Assembly (NCBI GenBank): GCA_015066875.1 | Contig: SVNM01000001.1 | Location: 7,815 to 71,814, forward strand | Source of the DNA: Ruminococcus sp. | Lineage (GTDB): Bacteria; Bacillota; Clostridia; Oscillospirales; Ruminococcaceae | Length of the DNA: 64,000 bases | Reading direction: 5' to 3' | Shown here: positions 38,740 to 48,206 of the stretch, piece by piece | How the letters are laid out: each line of letters opens with the position of its first letter | How positions within the stretch are numbered: the stretch's first letter is position 1 | Position numbers and translations under genes: made by a program | The notes under the pieces: model-generated | What the model saw: the letters and a program-made list of their open reading frames with translations, nothing else | Databases searched by the model: none | What the model was told of the DNA's origin: nothing

Positions 38740-40962
38740 TTAACGCTTGTAGAGCTCGCGGAATTCTGAAGGAGACATATTTTCAGCCGTTTTGAACTGT
38801 CTTACAAAGTAGTTATATGTAGAATAACCGCACTCCTTGGAGATTTCGCTTACAGTAGCGTCGGAATTAAGGAGAAGCTCTTTAGCTTTATCAAGGCGGA
38901 AAATAATAAGCTCCTCAATAATACTTTTATTGAAGGTAGTTTTATAAATTTTCTGCAGATAGCTTTTGCTGATGAACATTTTATCTGCGATTTCGCTGAT
39001 ATTCCAGGAATATTCGGGATTTTTAATCAGACTGTTTCTCAGCTGGCAAAGCTTTTCAAAATGCTGATTGATCTGCTGGTCTGATCTTGAATAGGAATAA
39101 ATACGGTTTACCGAAGCCTTATGAATGAGCTTTTCGGGATCGTCAGAGGCTTTTTCAAGACTGCAGATATATGTTCCTATTGAAAAAGGGATACCGATTG
39201 ATTCGGATATATTATTTTCAGATAGATTAACCTCTGTTCTAAGCTTATTGAAGAATTCTTCTGTCTGAAGATTATTGAAGGCAATAACTCCGAAGCAGTC
39301 TCTTGAAAGAGCGATACAAAGCTGATCGTCGGTAAGAATACTTTTCAGGCAAGAAGAAAAACGTAGTACTGAGTCTTTAGAGGCATCGGGACCGTGCTGG
39401 AAATAGAGCTTTTTATGATCAGTAAGCTCGATGAAAATAAAAGTAACGGCAGAGGCACTCTTATTAAGGCTATCAAGCTTTTTCTGGTATGCGTCCTTCA
39501 TAGAGTTAAGGTTTAAAAATCCGGTAATGTGGTCATATTCGGCAAGCACATCAAGCTTTTTCATAGTGATATTCATAGCCGAGTTGATACGCACTTTTTC
39601 CAGAGCAATATTAAGGTAAGAGATCCACTGAAGGAAAAGGTGAGTATATGTAACGGGATTTTTTCCGAAAGATATAGCAGTAAATCCGAAGAAGCTATTG
39701 TTGTAGTTGAGGGGAGTAAGGAAGAAAGCAGAAGGCTGTTTTCTTTCTGATCTGATAGAGTCGATAAGCTCATCAGAGGTACGAAGCGTATAATCGGAAT
39801 AATTCCTTTTTATAGCCGATTTATCGTAAACGGTAATCAGATAATCGTCTGCATTGAAGGAAAGCTGTTGATTTGGATTATCCGTAACCGAACGCTTGAA
39901 TTTATCTGTAAGGCAGATATAGAAACGGCTCATTTTATAAAGAAGATAGGTAAAGTGGTCGATACGATTGCAGACTCCGGCAATGCTGTCGGTATTGGTA
40001 ATATCAACCAGCATATCGCTGAATCCCATTTTTCTGTGGAACTCTGCCTCTGTTTCCGCACGTCTTGTGATGTCACGTTTCAATGTAGGATTTTCAGAAC
40101 AGCCACAGCTTTTACCTATTCTGAGATGTCCCGGTTCATTAGGAACCTTATTGCAGATTTTTCCTGTAATAATACGGTACAGGCGTCTGAAGGCTTCGGC
40201 GCCGAGCTGGAAATTAGGTCTTATATAGCTTGTTATTGAGGGAGTAGCCCTGTAGCCTTCGGTAGATGCGTCATAACCTGCAATAGCGATATCCTCAGGA
40301 ATACGGAAGCCTGAGTTGGTAAGACGCTCAGTAAGAGCAATAGCAGAGATATCGTTACCGCAGACAACAGCATCAGGCTTTTCAAGAGTTCCGTTAGAGA
40401 TTTTTTTAGCAAGCTCAGCAGAGGCACCTGTCCAGAAATCGCCGTAGTAATAGTAAGACTTATCTATATTAATGTGGTGATTTTTCATTGAACGCAGATA
40501 GCCCTTGAGACGTTCATCAGAACAGGGAATATCCTTAGGACCTGTAAGACAGTAGATTTTTTTATATCCGTGAACTTCAATAAGGTGGTCGGTAACAGCT
40601 TCAAAAGCATCAATATCGTCAACCATAGTAGTTTCGAACTTATTATGGTCAGCGTGGTCAAGAAGCATAACAGGTTTTCCTGACTGAGTGCAGAGGGTGT
40701 CTATATACTTTTGTATTTCCTCATCTTTAAAAACGTTTCTGTCATAAATAAAACCGTCGAAGTTTCCTGAAATGATAAGCTGAAAAATATTTTTCTCAGT
40801 ATTTTTGTGAGCACTTTTCATATAAAAGTTCTGCATAGAGGAAATAACTGCAATATCGCAGTTGCTTTTGAAAGCCTGTGAGATGATACCGCGCATAATT
40901 TCACTCTGAAATTCTGTGAAACATTCAGTTGTGATAACACCGATAAGCATTTTTGTGTACAA
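38740..40962 (-). CDS. Transcription regulator: LacI-type sugar-binding domain, degenerate GGDEF-like domain, AraC HTH
   Basis: DAVVCGND...IPEDIAIAGYD; YDHITGFLN...SRDCF...FSIG; C-terminal RLDKAKELL...CGYSTYNYFVRQFK. Confidence 0.85.
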   Translation of the reverse strand: MYTKMLIGVITTECFTEFQSEIMRGIISQAFKSNCDIAVISSMQNFYMKSAHKNTEKNIFQLIISGNFDGFIYDRNVFKDEEIQKYIDTLCTQSGKPVMLLDHADHNKFETTMVDDIDAFEAVTDHLIEVHGYKKIYCLTGPKDIPCSDERLKGYLRSMKNHHINIDKSYYYYGDFWTGASAELAKKISNGTLEKPDAVVCGNDISAIALTERLTNSGFRIPEDIAIAGYDASTEGYRATPSITSYIRPNFQLGAEAFRRLYRIITGKICNKVPNEPGHLRIGKSCGCSENPTLKRDITRRAETEAEFHRKMGFSDMLVDITNTDSIAGVCNRIDHFTYLLYKMSRFYICLTDKFKRSVTDNPNQQLSFNADDYLITVYDKSAIKRNYSDYTLRTSDELIDSIRSERKQPSAFFLTPLNYNNSFFGFTAISFGKNPVTYTHLFLQWISYLNIALEKVRINSAMNITMKKLDVLAEYDHITGFLNLNSMKDAYQKKLDSLNKSASAVTFIFIELTDHKKLYFQHGPDASKDSVLRFSSCLKSILTDDQLCIALSRDCFGVIAFNNLQTEEFFNKLRTEVNLSENNISESIGIPFSIGTYICSLEKASDDPEKLIHKASVNRIYSYSRSDQQINQHFEKLCQLRNSLIKNPEYSWNISEIADKMFISKSYLQKIYKTTFNKSIIEELIIFRLDKAKELLLNSDATVSEISKECGYSTYNYFVRQFKTAENMSPSEFRELYKR

Positions 40963-41197
40963 AAAAGAGCCCTCCTTTCGCTTATTTTCTATATAATATT
41001 ATATCATATATTGATTGGAATTGCAAGACTATTTTGCACGTTACGTAGGAAATAGCAGAAAAAATCATAAATAAAGTATTTTTATTCATTGTGAAATTAT
41101 GAATTTGTATGTATAATATAATTAAGCAAATACGGAACTGTTATAAAATCAAACTTTATAACAGAGGGAATTATAAGAAAGTGAAAGGTGATTACTT

Positions 41198-44100
41198 ATG
41201 AAGCAAATTCATAAACGTGTAGTCTCAGCTGTTTCAGCTTTGATTGTCGGCACAAATTTATTCACAATGCCTGTTTCTGAACCTGTTACTGTCGCTGAGG
41301 CGGTAACAAGCGGTAATGTGGTTGAGTACCTTGACAGAGGTATTTCAGCTGTAAACACAGGTTCGGGAATGCTTGTATCCTGGAGATATCTTGCAAGCGA
41401 CAGTGATAATGCCGTTTTTAACCTCTACCGCAATGATACTCTTATTTATACAAGTAATGCAGGCGATTCAACTTGTTTTCTTGATGCAGGCGGTTCAGCT
41501 TCCTCAAGCTACCGTGTTGACCATCTTGAAAACGGTACAGTAAAATCCTCAAGCAAGTGTAATCTTACAACATCAAACAACTATTTCAACGTTCCTCTCA
41601 GCAAGCCGGGCAGTGTTTATACCCCAAATGACTGCTCTGTGGGCGACGTTGACGGCGACGGCCAGTATGAGCTTTTTGTAAAGTGGGATCCTTCAACTTC
41701 AAAGGATAACTCACAGAAGGGTGTTACTGACCCTTGTATCATCGACTGCTACAGACTTGACGGAACAAGACTCTGGAGAATCAATATCGGACAGAATATC
41801 CGTTCAGGCGCTCACTATACTCAGTTCTTTGTAGCAGACTTTGACCTTGACGGCAAGGCTGAAATGACTTGTAAGACCGCTGACGGTACTGTTGACGGAC
41901 AGGGCAATGTAATCGGTGATGCTTCTGCTGATTACTGCGACAGCAGTGGACTTATCTATTCGGGTCCTGAGTATTATACTCTCTTTGACGGCGAAACAGG
42001 TAAGGCTCTTCATACAATTGATTACGAGCCGGGCAGAGGCGATCCTACAAAATGGGGTAAGTCAAGCGATAAGTATAACCGTGTTGAGCGTTACTGGGGC
42101 GTTGTTGCTTATCTTGATGGCGTAACTCCCAGCGTTGTAACAGGACGTGGCTACTACGGACGTATGACTGCTACTGCATATAAGGTAGAAGATAACAAGC
42201 TCGTTAAATTATGGGCATTTGATACAGGAACAAGCTCAAGCGCACTCGGCTACGGCGACGGCAACCATAACAGTATGCCCGCTGACGTTGACGGCGACGG
42301 CAAGCAGGAAATTATCACAGGTTCAACCTGTATTGATGATAACGGAACACTCAAGTGGTGTACAAATCAGGGACACGGCGACGCTATGCACGTAGGCGAT
42401 CTTCTTCCCGATAACCCCGGTATTGAGATTTTCACCTGTCACGAGGATTCACCTTACGGTGTAACTCTTATTGACGGCGATAACGGTTCTAAGATTTTCC
42501 ACCTTGATGCTGACGGCGATACAGGACGTTGCTGTGCCGGCAATATCTGGACAGGAAATCCCGGTGCAGAGTTCTGGTTCAATACAACAACTGTTAACGG
42601 AAGCGGTTCAACTCTTTCATGCAGACGTCCTTCAATCAACTTTATGAGCTACTGGGACGGCGACCTTGAGCGTGAGGCACTTGACGGATATACAGATTCT
42701 CCCGCAACTATCGCAGATATGAATGATAACGGTATCCTCAGCACTATCCTTACAACAACAGGCTTCTACACCTGTAATACAACAAAGGGTACACCTTGTC
42801 TTTCAGCAGATATCTTCGGTGACTGGCGTGAAGAACTTATCGTAAGAGCTTCTGACGGCAATTCAGTAGGTATTTTTGCTACACCCTATGATACAGATTA
42901 CCGTATCACAACTCTCATGCACGATCCTCATTACAGAAATCAGGTAGCTTGCCAGCAGGTTGCATATAACCAGCCTCCCCACACAAGCTTCTATCTTGGC
43001 TCTGAAAAGCCTCTTCCCAGCAGACCTAATGTAACAATCTGCACAGGTCAGGGAACAAGCAAATCAGGTGCTGTTATGGATACAACAGCAACTTATGTTT
43101 TCGAAAACGCAAACAGCGGTCTTTATCTTGAGGTTAAGGACAGCGAGGCTTCTTCAGGCGCCTTAGTTGTTCAGAGTACTTCAGGCGCTGAAGGCTGGAA
43201 GCTTAAGGACGCAGGCGAGGGATATTATTACCTTTACTCTGAGGTAGGCGACGGCGTGACATATTGTCTTGACCTTCCCTACGGAAGCACAGACAACGGT
43301 ACAGCAATGGGTATCTGGACCAACGATGAGTCAGATGCTCGAAAGTTCAAGTTTGTAAAGAATGATGACGGCTCATACACAATCTGCACAAAGGCAACAG
43401 GTGATGAAAGCTGTCTCGGAATTGCATCAGCGTCTAAGGAAGACGGCGAAGGTGTAATCCAGTGGACATGTGACGGCACTGCTAATCAGAAGTGGTATGC
43501 TAAAATCAGAATTCAGGGTGCTCTCATTGATGAGCTTTTAGTCAGTGACCAGGCATATAATCAGAGCTGGGCAATCGACAGCAGTCTTGAAGTGGGCGAC
43601 CAGATATTCGGCGACAGAACAGGGGATAAGCTTGTAACATACGCAACAATTCCTTCAGAGCTTGAGGGCGCAGAGCTTGTACTTACTTCCTGTGACGCAA
43701 AGGGACTTACAGGCGATATTGCAGAAATCACAGCCGGAGAGAATATTACCCTTTACGTTGGTTTTGACACAAGAGTAGATCCCGTTCCTTCATGGCTTTC
43801 AAACTGGAAAGCAACAGGTCTTACAGCCGTAAACAGCAAGGACGTTACATTCAACCTTTATTCTATGGAGCTTTCTGCAGGTGAGTCAACAGTACTCGGC
43901 GGAAACGGACAGTCATCAGGCTGTGTAAACTACGTGGCAATGGCTGTAAAGAAGAGTGAAGTTACTACAACTACAACAACAACAACCACAACAACGACTA
44001 CAACTACCACAACTACAACAACTACAACTACTACAACAAGCACTACAACTACCACAACTACTACATCTACTTCCGAAGCTCCCACATCTACAACAACTAC

Positions 44101-44401
44101 TACAACTACTACAACTACTACAACTACTACAACAAGATCAACAAGCACCACAACTACTACAACTACTACAACTACAGATACAGATGTGCTTTATGGTGAC
44201 GCAGATCTTGACAACGATGTAAAAATGGCTGACGTTATCAAGGTAATGTGCTATGCAAACAATAAGGAGAAATATCCCCTTGAACAGCAGGCTCTTAACA
44301 ACTGTGACGTTTATCAGCGTGGAGATGGTGTAAATCTTTCAGATGCACTTTCAATTCAGAAGAAGGTTGCTCAGACAATCCAGACTTTACCTGAGTCGTA
44401 A
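41198..44401 (+). CDS. Cellulosomal rhamnogalacturonan lyase (PL11) with ricin/CBM13 module, Thr linker and dockerin
   Basis: VEYLDRG, LVSWR, GDVDGDGQYE, NIRSGAHYT, GHGDAMH, GDWREE, YNQPPH; QW...NQKW ricin repeat; YGDADLD dockerin. Confidence 0.92.
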   Translation: MKQIHKRVVSAVSALIVGTNLFTMPVSEPVTVAEAVTSGNVVEYLDRGISAVNTGSGMLVSWRYLASDSDNAVFNLYRNDTLIYTSNAGDSTCFLDAGGSASSSYRVDHLENGTVKSSSKCNLTTSNNYFNVPLSKPGSVYTPNDCSVGDVDGDGQYELFVKWDPSTSKDNSQKGVTDPCIIDCYRLDGTRLWRINIGQNIRSGAHYTQFFVADFDLDGKAEMTCKTADGTVDGQGNVIGDASADYCDSSGLIYSGPEYYTLFDGETGKALHTIDYEPGRGDPTKWGKSSDKYNRVERYWGVVAYLDGVTPSVVTGRGYYGRMTATAYKVEDNKLVKLWAFDTGTSSSALGYGDGNHNSMPADVDGDGKQEIITGSTCIDDNGTLKWCTNQGHGDAMHVGDLLPDNPGIEIFTCHEDSPYGVTLIDGDNGSKIFHLDADGDTGRCCAGNIWTGNPGAEFWFNTTTVNGSGSTLSCRRPSINFMSYWDGDLEREALDGYTDSPATIADMNDNGILSTILTTTGFYTCNTTKGTPCLSADIFGDWREELIVRASDGNSVGIFATPYDTDYRITTLMHDPHYRNQVACQQVAYNQPPHTSFYLGSEKPLPSRPNVTICTGQGTSKSGAVMDTTATYVFENANSGLYLEVKDSEASSGALVVQSTSGAEGWKLKDAGEGYYYLYSEVGDGVTYCLDLPYGSTDNGTAMGIWTNDESDARKFKFVKNDDGSYTICTKATGDESCLGIASASKEDGEGVIQWTCDGTANQKWYAKIRIQGALIDELLVSDQAYNQSWAIDSSLEVGDQIFGDRTGDKLVTYATIPSELEGAELVLTSCDAKGLTGDIAEITAGENITLYVGFDTRVDPVPSWLSNWKATGLTAVNSKDVTFNLYSMELSAGESTVLGGNGQSSGCVNYVAMAVKKSEVTTTTTTTTTTTTTTTTTTTTTTTTTSTTTTTTTTSTSEAPTSTTTTTTTTTTTTTTTRSTSTTTTTTTTTTDTDVLYGDADLDNDVKMADVIKVMCYANNKEKYPLEQQALNNCDVYQRGDGVNLSDALSIQKKVAQTIQTLPES
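43964..44176 (+). repeat. ACN low-complexity tract encoding a poly-Thr linker
   Basis: Long ACA/ACT/ACC runs in frame within the PL11 gene. Confidence 0.9.
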
Positions 44402-44409
44402 AAAATTAA

Positions 44410-44436
44410 TTGCCGTCAGAGTTGATCTGACGGCAA
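44410..44436 (+). terminator. Intergenic stem-loop (terminator or mRNA stabiliser)
   Basis: TTGCCGTCAGA-GTTGA-TCTGACGGCAA, no U-tract. Confidence 0.55.
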
Positions 44437-44465
44437 AACATTATAAATGAGAGAGGTTTTACTTA

Positions 44466-45080
44466 ATGAAGAACAAAATCAAAGCTTTTCTGACAGCTAC
44501 AGTTATGGGCGTGTCAGCTCTTACAGGTGTTATGGGCACGGATACACCTGTTAAGGAAATGAAAGCATCAGCGGTTGCAACAGCGGATTCCTTTTCATAT
44601 CCCGTTCAGCAGTTCAGAATGGGAATTGGCGATACAAACAGAAATGTAAACACAAGTGCTACAGAGGTAAACAGTCCCGTAACCTCTGAAAAACTCAACG
44701 GAACAGGCAGTGAAAAGTGGTATCTTAACTACATAAGCTCTGGAGTTTATGAAATTGTAAACTCTGAAACAGGATATCTGCTTACAAATGAAGGAAGCTA
44801 CTGCACGATAGATACCGATACAGATGCATCAAATCAGCGTTGGAATATCACAGCTGTTCAGCAGGATTTTGAAGGCTATGACCTTTACTATAAGATAACC
44901 AGCAATGCAAATTCAAATCTTGCGCTTACATTTACTCCTGAAACAAACTCTTTCTCGGCAGAGACATACAGCGGTAATATCTATCAGAAGTATAAGCTTA
45001 ATCTTGACGGACTTGAGGGCTTTGCGTCAAATGCAAAGGTTTCAGGCGGAGAAAAGGCAGGTACTATCGGTGTTAGTTGA
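44466..45080 (+). pseudogene. 5' fragment of a secreted ricin-domain enzyme (probably pectate lyase) interrupted by the prophage
   Basis: Signal peptide and ricin-like domain (EKW, NQRW); ends abruptly at GFAS...AGTIG, which resembles the start of PL1 catalytic domains, exactly where AT-rich phage-end DNA begins. Confidence 0.72.
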
Positions 45081-45427
45081 CAAGCATAATACAAAAAAAG
45101 GTTGAAAAGGCTGGAAAAGGCTTGAATTGTCTGAAAAGTGCCAAAAAACGGCTATAATTCGTTGATTTTTAAATAGAATCCAATTGAAATTTTGAATTCA
45201 CTGAATTTTAAGGTGTCAAAAAATATCGCACCGATTTGCGGAGTTTTCCACAATTTCGGTGCGATTGCTTTTTTATTGGATTTTTGTTTAAAATGCGTTT
45301 AAACGGCATTTATAAAAAATCGGGCGATTCGTTTAAATGCCTATATTTCGTTGTTACAGTGTGTTTAAGGATTTAAAAACGGATTTAAACACCCCAGGAA
45401 TATTTGCAGAAAAATAGCGTATAAATA

Positions 45428-45474
45428 GGGTGGCAACCTGGCAACTAAAATCATCTGGGGTGGCAACTGGTTGC
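45428..45474. repeat. TGGCAAC repeats near the prophage left end
   Basis: GGGTGGCAAC at 45428 and 45458, TGGCAAC at 45439, inverted GTTGC at about 45470. Confidence 0.6.
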
Positions 45475-45507
45475 TTACCTTTACTTTATACAAACTGTAT
45501 ATAAAAA

Positions 45508-46248
45508 TCAGACAAAATCCTCTTTTTCAAGGGTTGCAATTACCAATCCTTTGCATCTTATGTCCTGTCCTTCCTCGAAGTAAACATCATCGTACTCAGG
45601 ATTTAGAGAAATAAGCCGTTTTTTGCCGAGTTCCTTGATAAAACCTTCTCCATTAATGGTAAAAATACCGATATTACCCTCTTCAATTTCGTCCTGAGCC
45701 TTTACAAGAACAATGTCATTGTCTTTAAAACGGGGCAGCATACTGTCTCCGTTGATTCTTACTGCATAATCAGCCTCTTCGGCAACATCACTGTGCTTTA
45801 TTTTTAAGTATGTAGAACGGCTGTCTTCCGGCAAAGGTTCTCCTGTTCCGGCAGAAACGCTGAGTGGCACAAAGCGGATCATGATCACCTTTGGCTCTTC
45901 CTGATCCGGCTCATCAGCGGCAGGAGCTTCAAGCTCTGCAAGGACCTCAGCTCTTTCACGCAATCTTCCTTGGCTCTTGGGAGATAAATTATTATAAATA
46001 TCAAGCAACTCACGCTCATCGGCGGTCAGTTCGACCGTTGGTGAGCTTTTTTCTTTACCTGTAAGAAGATAATCTATAGTAGTATTTAGATAATCGGCTA
46101 CTAATTTTAATTTATCACATGATGGACTTTGTTTTTTCCACTTACCAATAATACCGTTACTTAATCCTACAGCCTTTTCTAAAGCCGATATGCTGAGTCC
46201 TATATTCCGTGCTAATTCACTTATTCTATCTACCATAGACAAAATCAC
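45508..46248 (-). CDS. Prophage repressor, XRE HTH plus S24 (LexA/CI) autopeptidase
   Basis: SISALEKAVGLSNGIIGKW HTH; VSAGTG cleavage site; GDSM Ser and FIK Lys dyad; LISLNPEY. Confidence 0.93.
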   Translation of the reverse strand: MILSMVDRISELARNIGLSISALEKAVGLSNGIIGKWKKQSPSCDKLKLVADYLNTTIDYLLTGKEKSSPTVELTADERELLDIYNNLSPKSQGRLRERAEVLAELEAPAADEPDQEEPKVIMIRFVPLSVSAGTGEPLPEDSRSTYLKIKHSDVAEEADYAVRINGDSMLPRFKDNDIVLVKAQDEIEEGNIGIFTINGEGFIKELGKKRLISLNPEYDDVYFEEGQDIRCKGLVIATLEKEDFV

Positions 46249-46277
46249 TCAACTCCTTTTGTGCACAATTACATAAA

Positions 46278-46398
46278 TAGATTATTTTCTAATTTGCTCT
46301 TGACATTTAGATAATTATCTATTATAATATAAGTGGGTTATTTTTGAGGGCGTAAAAACCCCTATGATAATTGTATCATAAAGAACATCATTTGTAAA
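46278..46398. promoter_or_regulatory. Immunity switch: face-to-face promoters with two TAGA-N6-TCTA operators
   Basis: Rightward TTGACA (46300) 17 bp TATAAT (46323); leftward TTTACA (46393-46398) 17 bp TG-A-TACAAT (46370-46375); operators at 46278-46291 and 46308-46321. Confidence 0.75.
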
Positions 46399-46483
46399 GC
46401 GTTGATTTTTCGAGAGAAGTCGAGTTAACCCTTAAGGGGACGCTGAAAAATGCTCATATTTTTCCGAAAGGGGGTAAGATGAA

Positions 46484-46651
46484 ATGAAAGTTAAGGTAAG
46501 AAAGCACAAAAAAATACCTGCTCCGCTTATGATGGAACAGGTAAAAGAAAAATGGAGTTGCTTATCAGATAAATACTGCTCCAAGTCTGGAATAGGAGTC
46601 AAACCACAAAGTTTATCGGACCTTTATGGTTGTAGGCTCTCCAGAAATTAA
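46484..46651 (+). CDS. Possible small early protein (55 aa)
   Basis: AAAGGGGG RBS, MKVKVRKHKK...; overlaps the 3' end of the opposite-strand gene. Confidence 0.35.
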   Translation: MKVKVRKHKKIPAPLMMEQVKEKWSCLSDKYCSKSGIGVKPQSLSDLYGCRLSRN

Positions 46652-47027
46652 TCAGGCATTCTATTACAAGCTGATTATTTGTGTCACCGAACATAAAATA
46701 TTCTTTGTTTGGATTTTCTTGGCAATATTCATCAAAAGTAATAAGTCGGACTATTAATGTAGCCAGTATTTCTTCTGAAGCTTCGTTAATCAGTTTAATA
46801 CTTTTTCTTCGATCGCCATCAACGTGTCGAGCAATCTTATGCACAAACTCATCTGTTTCTTCTTCGTATTTCTGTGCATATTTGTCAGCGTTCAAAGTTT
46901 CAATTTTTTCTATAATTTTTAGCATTTTGTTTTGGAAGTTTTCATCGAAAAAATAATAACTACAGATTTTTTTAAACTGGTCTAACATATCAGAATATGT
47001 AATTCTTAATGCTCCCATTATTCTCAC
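46599..47027 (-). CDS. Antisense-oriented phage moron, unknown function
   Basis: AT-rich ORF with GGAGGAGG RBS and its own promoter TTGTGC, 17 bp, TG-TATAAT (47042-47070). Confidence 0.75.
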   Translation of the reverse strand: MRIMGALRITYSDMLDQFKKICSYYFFDENFQNKMLKIIEKIETLNADKYAQKYEEETDEFVHKIARHVDGDRRKSIKLINEASEEILATLIVRLITFDEYCQENPNKEYFMFGDTNNQLVIECLINFWRAYNHKGPINFVV

Positions 47028-47087
47028 CTCCTCCCGACTTCATTATACACCAAACAACACTTTTGCACAATAGAAAGGATGATAAAT

Positions 47088-47297
47088 ATGACCTTAGGTT
47101 ACAAAATAAAGAGCCGCCGTGAGGAGCTTGGCATGAGCCAGGGTGAGCTTGCGGAAAAGGCTTACGTCACACAGGCAAGTATATCTCAGATTGAGAGCGG
47201 TAAATATACACCGACATCACCCAGGCTTGTCACTATAGCACACGCTCTTAAGCTTCCCCCTGCGGAGCTTCTCGAAATGGGAAGGAGGGCAGGATGA
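47088..47297 (+). CDS. Cro/Ner-like XRE HTH regulator
   Basis: IKSRREELGMSQGELAEKAYVTQASISQIESG. Confidence 0.9.
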   Translation: MTLGYKIKSRREELGMSQGELAEKAYVTQASISQIESGKYTPTSPRLVTIAHALKLPPAELLEMGRRAG

Positions 47298-47533
47298 TGC
47301 ACAAATTCAAAATTGAAGTGGTTTTCAGGAAACCGTCGAACTTCATTTTACATAATACCGATAAAAAATCGGACATTACAGGAATTATCGACATCGTTAC
47401 AGATCGCTGTGACATTGAAGGCTGTCTGGCAGAATACAACGTCAGAGAATACAAAATCGTTGACTGTGACTGCAAATTGCAGATTATGAAGAATTTCAAA
47501 CCTATTCCGCTGTTTTACTACGAGGAGGAATAA
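47294..47533 (+). CDS. Phage hypothetical protein
   Basis: Translationally coupled ORF with RBS. Confidence 0.6.
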   Translation: MMHKFKIEVVFRKPSNFILHNTDKKSDITGIIDIVTDRCDIEGCLAEYNVREYKIVDCDCKLQIMKNFKPIPLFYYEEE

Positions 47534-47534
47534 G

Positions 47535-47732
47535 ATGATGTCAATGCGAGAAAAGATTGTCGAAGCCTTTAACGAAACCTATGGAAACAGATTCAAGAGC
47601 TTCGAGGAGATCAGAAACGAGTACGATGTTACCGAAATACTTGACACATGGCTGAGGTATGAAGGTATTGTCGGATACACAAGTGATATTATAGACCTAC
47701 TCGGTGAGTGCGAGGTCTATATTGAGGAATAG
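47535..47732 (+). CDS. Phage hypothetical protein
   Basis: GAGGAGG RBS; WLRYEGIVGYT segment. Confidence 0.7.
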   Translation: MMSMREKIVEAFNETYGNRFKSFEEIRNEYDVTEILDTWLRYEGIVGYTSDIIDLLGECEVYIEE

Positions 47733-47742
47733 GAGGGATTTT

Positions 47743-47886
47743 ATGAAAGCATACATAGTAAGCATTGCTGATGGGTATGGTGCTGTCAGACAGGTTATCA
47801 TAAGGGCAAGGTCAAGAGCCGATGCGGCAGAGAAAGCCCCTGTCGGACACAATGAGCATATTGAGTGCTGCGTTGAACTGGATTAG
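47743..47886 (+). CDS. Phage hypothetical protein (47 aa)
   Basis: AGGAGG RBS before ATG 47743. Confidence 0.6.
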   Translation: MKAYIVSIADGYGAVRQVIIRARSRADAAEKAPVGHNEHIECCVELD

Positions 47887-47896
47887 GAGGTGCTTT

Positions 47897-48082
47897 ATGG
47901 ATAAAAAAAGATATAGACTGTATGATTACGCTGAAGATTACGGTGTTGTCGGTTATTATGACACTATCGAAGAAGCACGGAAAGCGAAAACCGAGTGGGA
48001 ACATGATACCGATGGGGATTGTGATCTTGATATCCAGAAATGGGACGAAGAAAAGGGCAAATACCTTGACTGTTATGAATAG
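47897..48082 (+). CDS. Phage hypothetical protein (61 aa)
   Basis: AGGAGG RBS before ATG 47897. Confidence 0.65.
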   Translation: MDKKRYRLYDYAEDYGVVGYYDTIEEARKAKTEWEHDTDGDCDLDIQKWDEEKGKYLDCYE

Positions 48083-48168
48083 CCGAAACAGCGGAATGGA
48101 ATCCAGCGGAGGCTCTCCGCCCGCTGTCTGCCGGGGACGGTCTCCCGGTACTGACGATGGCAGACCAC
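48081..48168 (+). ncRNA. Type II hammerhead ribozyme, copy 1
   Basis: GCC-GAAA-CAGCGG...CCGCTG-TC^-TGCCGGG...CCCGGTA-CTGACGA-TGGC-AGACC; full core, three stems, loop-I GGTCT pairs with 3' AGACC; predicted cleavage after 48128. Confidence 0.9.
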
Positions 48169-48206
48169 AAAGCCATAGTAACTTGAAAATGAAAGAGGTG
48201 AAATGC

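Noticed and set aside
43930-44222. Poly-Val and poly-Gln/Leu ORFs, or a repeat array
   Set aside because: Alternative-frame readings of the Thr linker in PL11; no repeat-spacer structure, so not CRISPR
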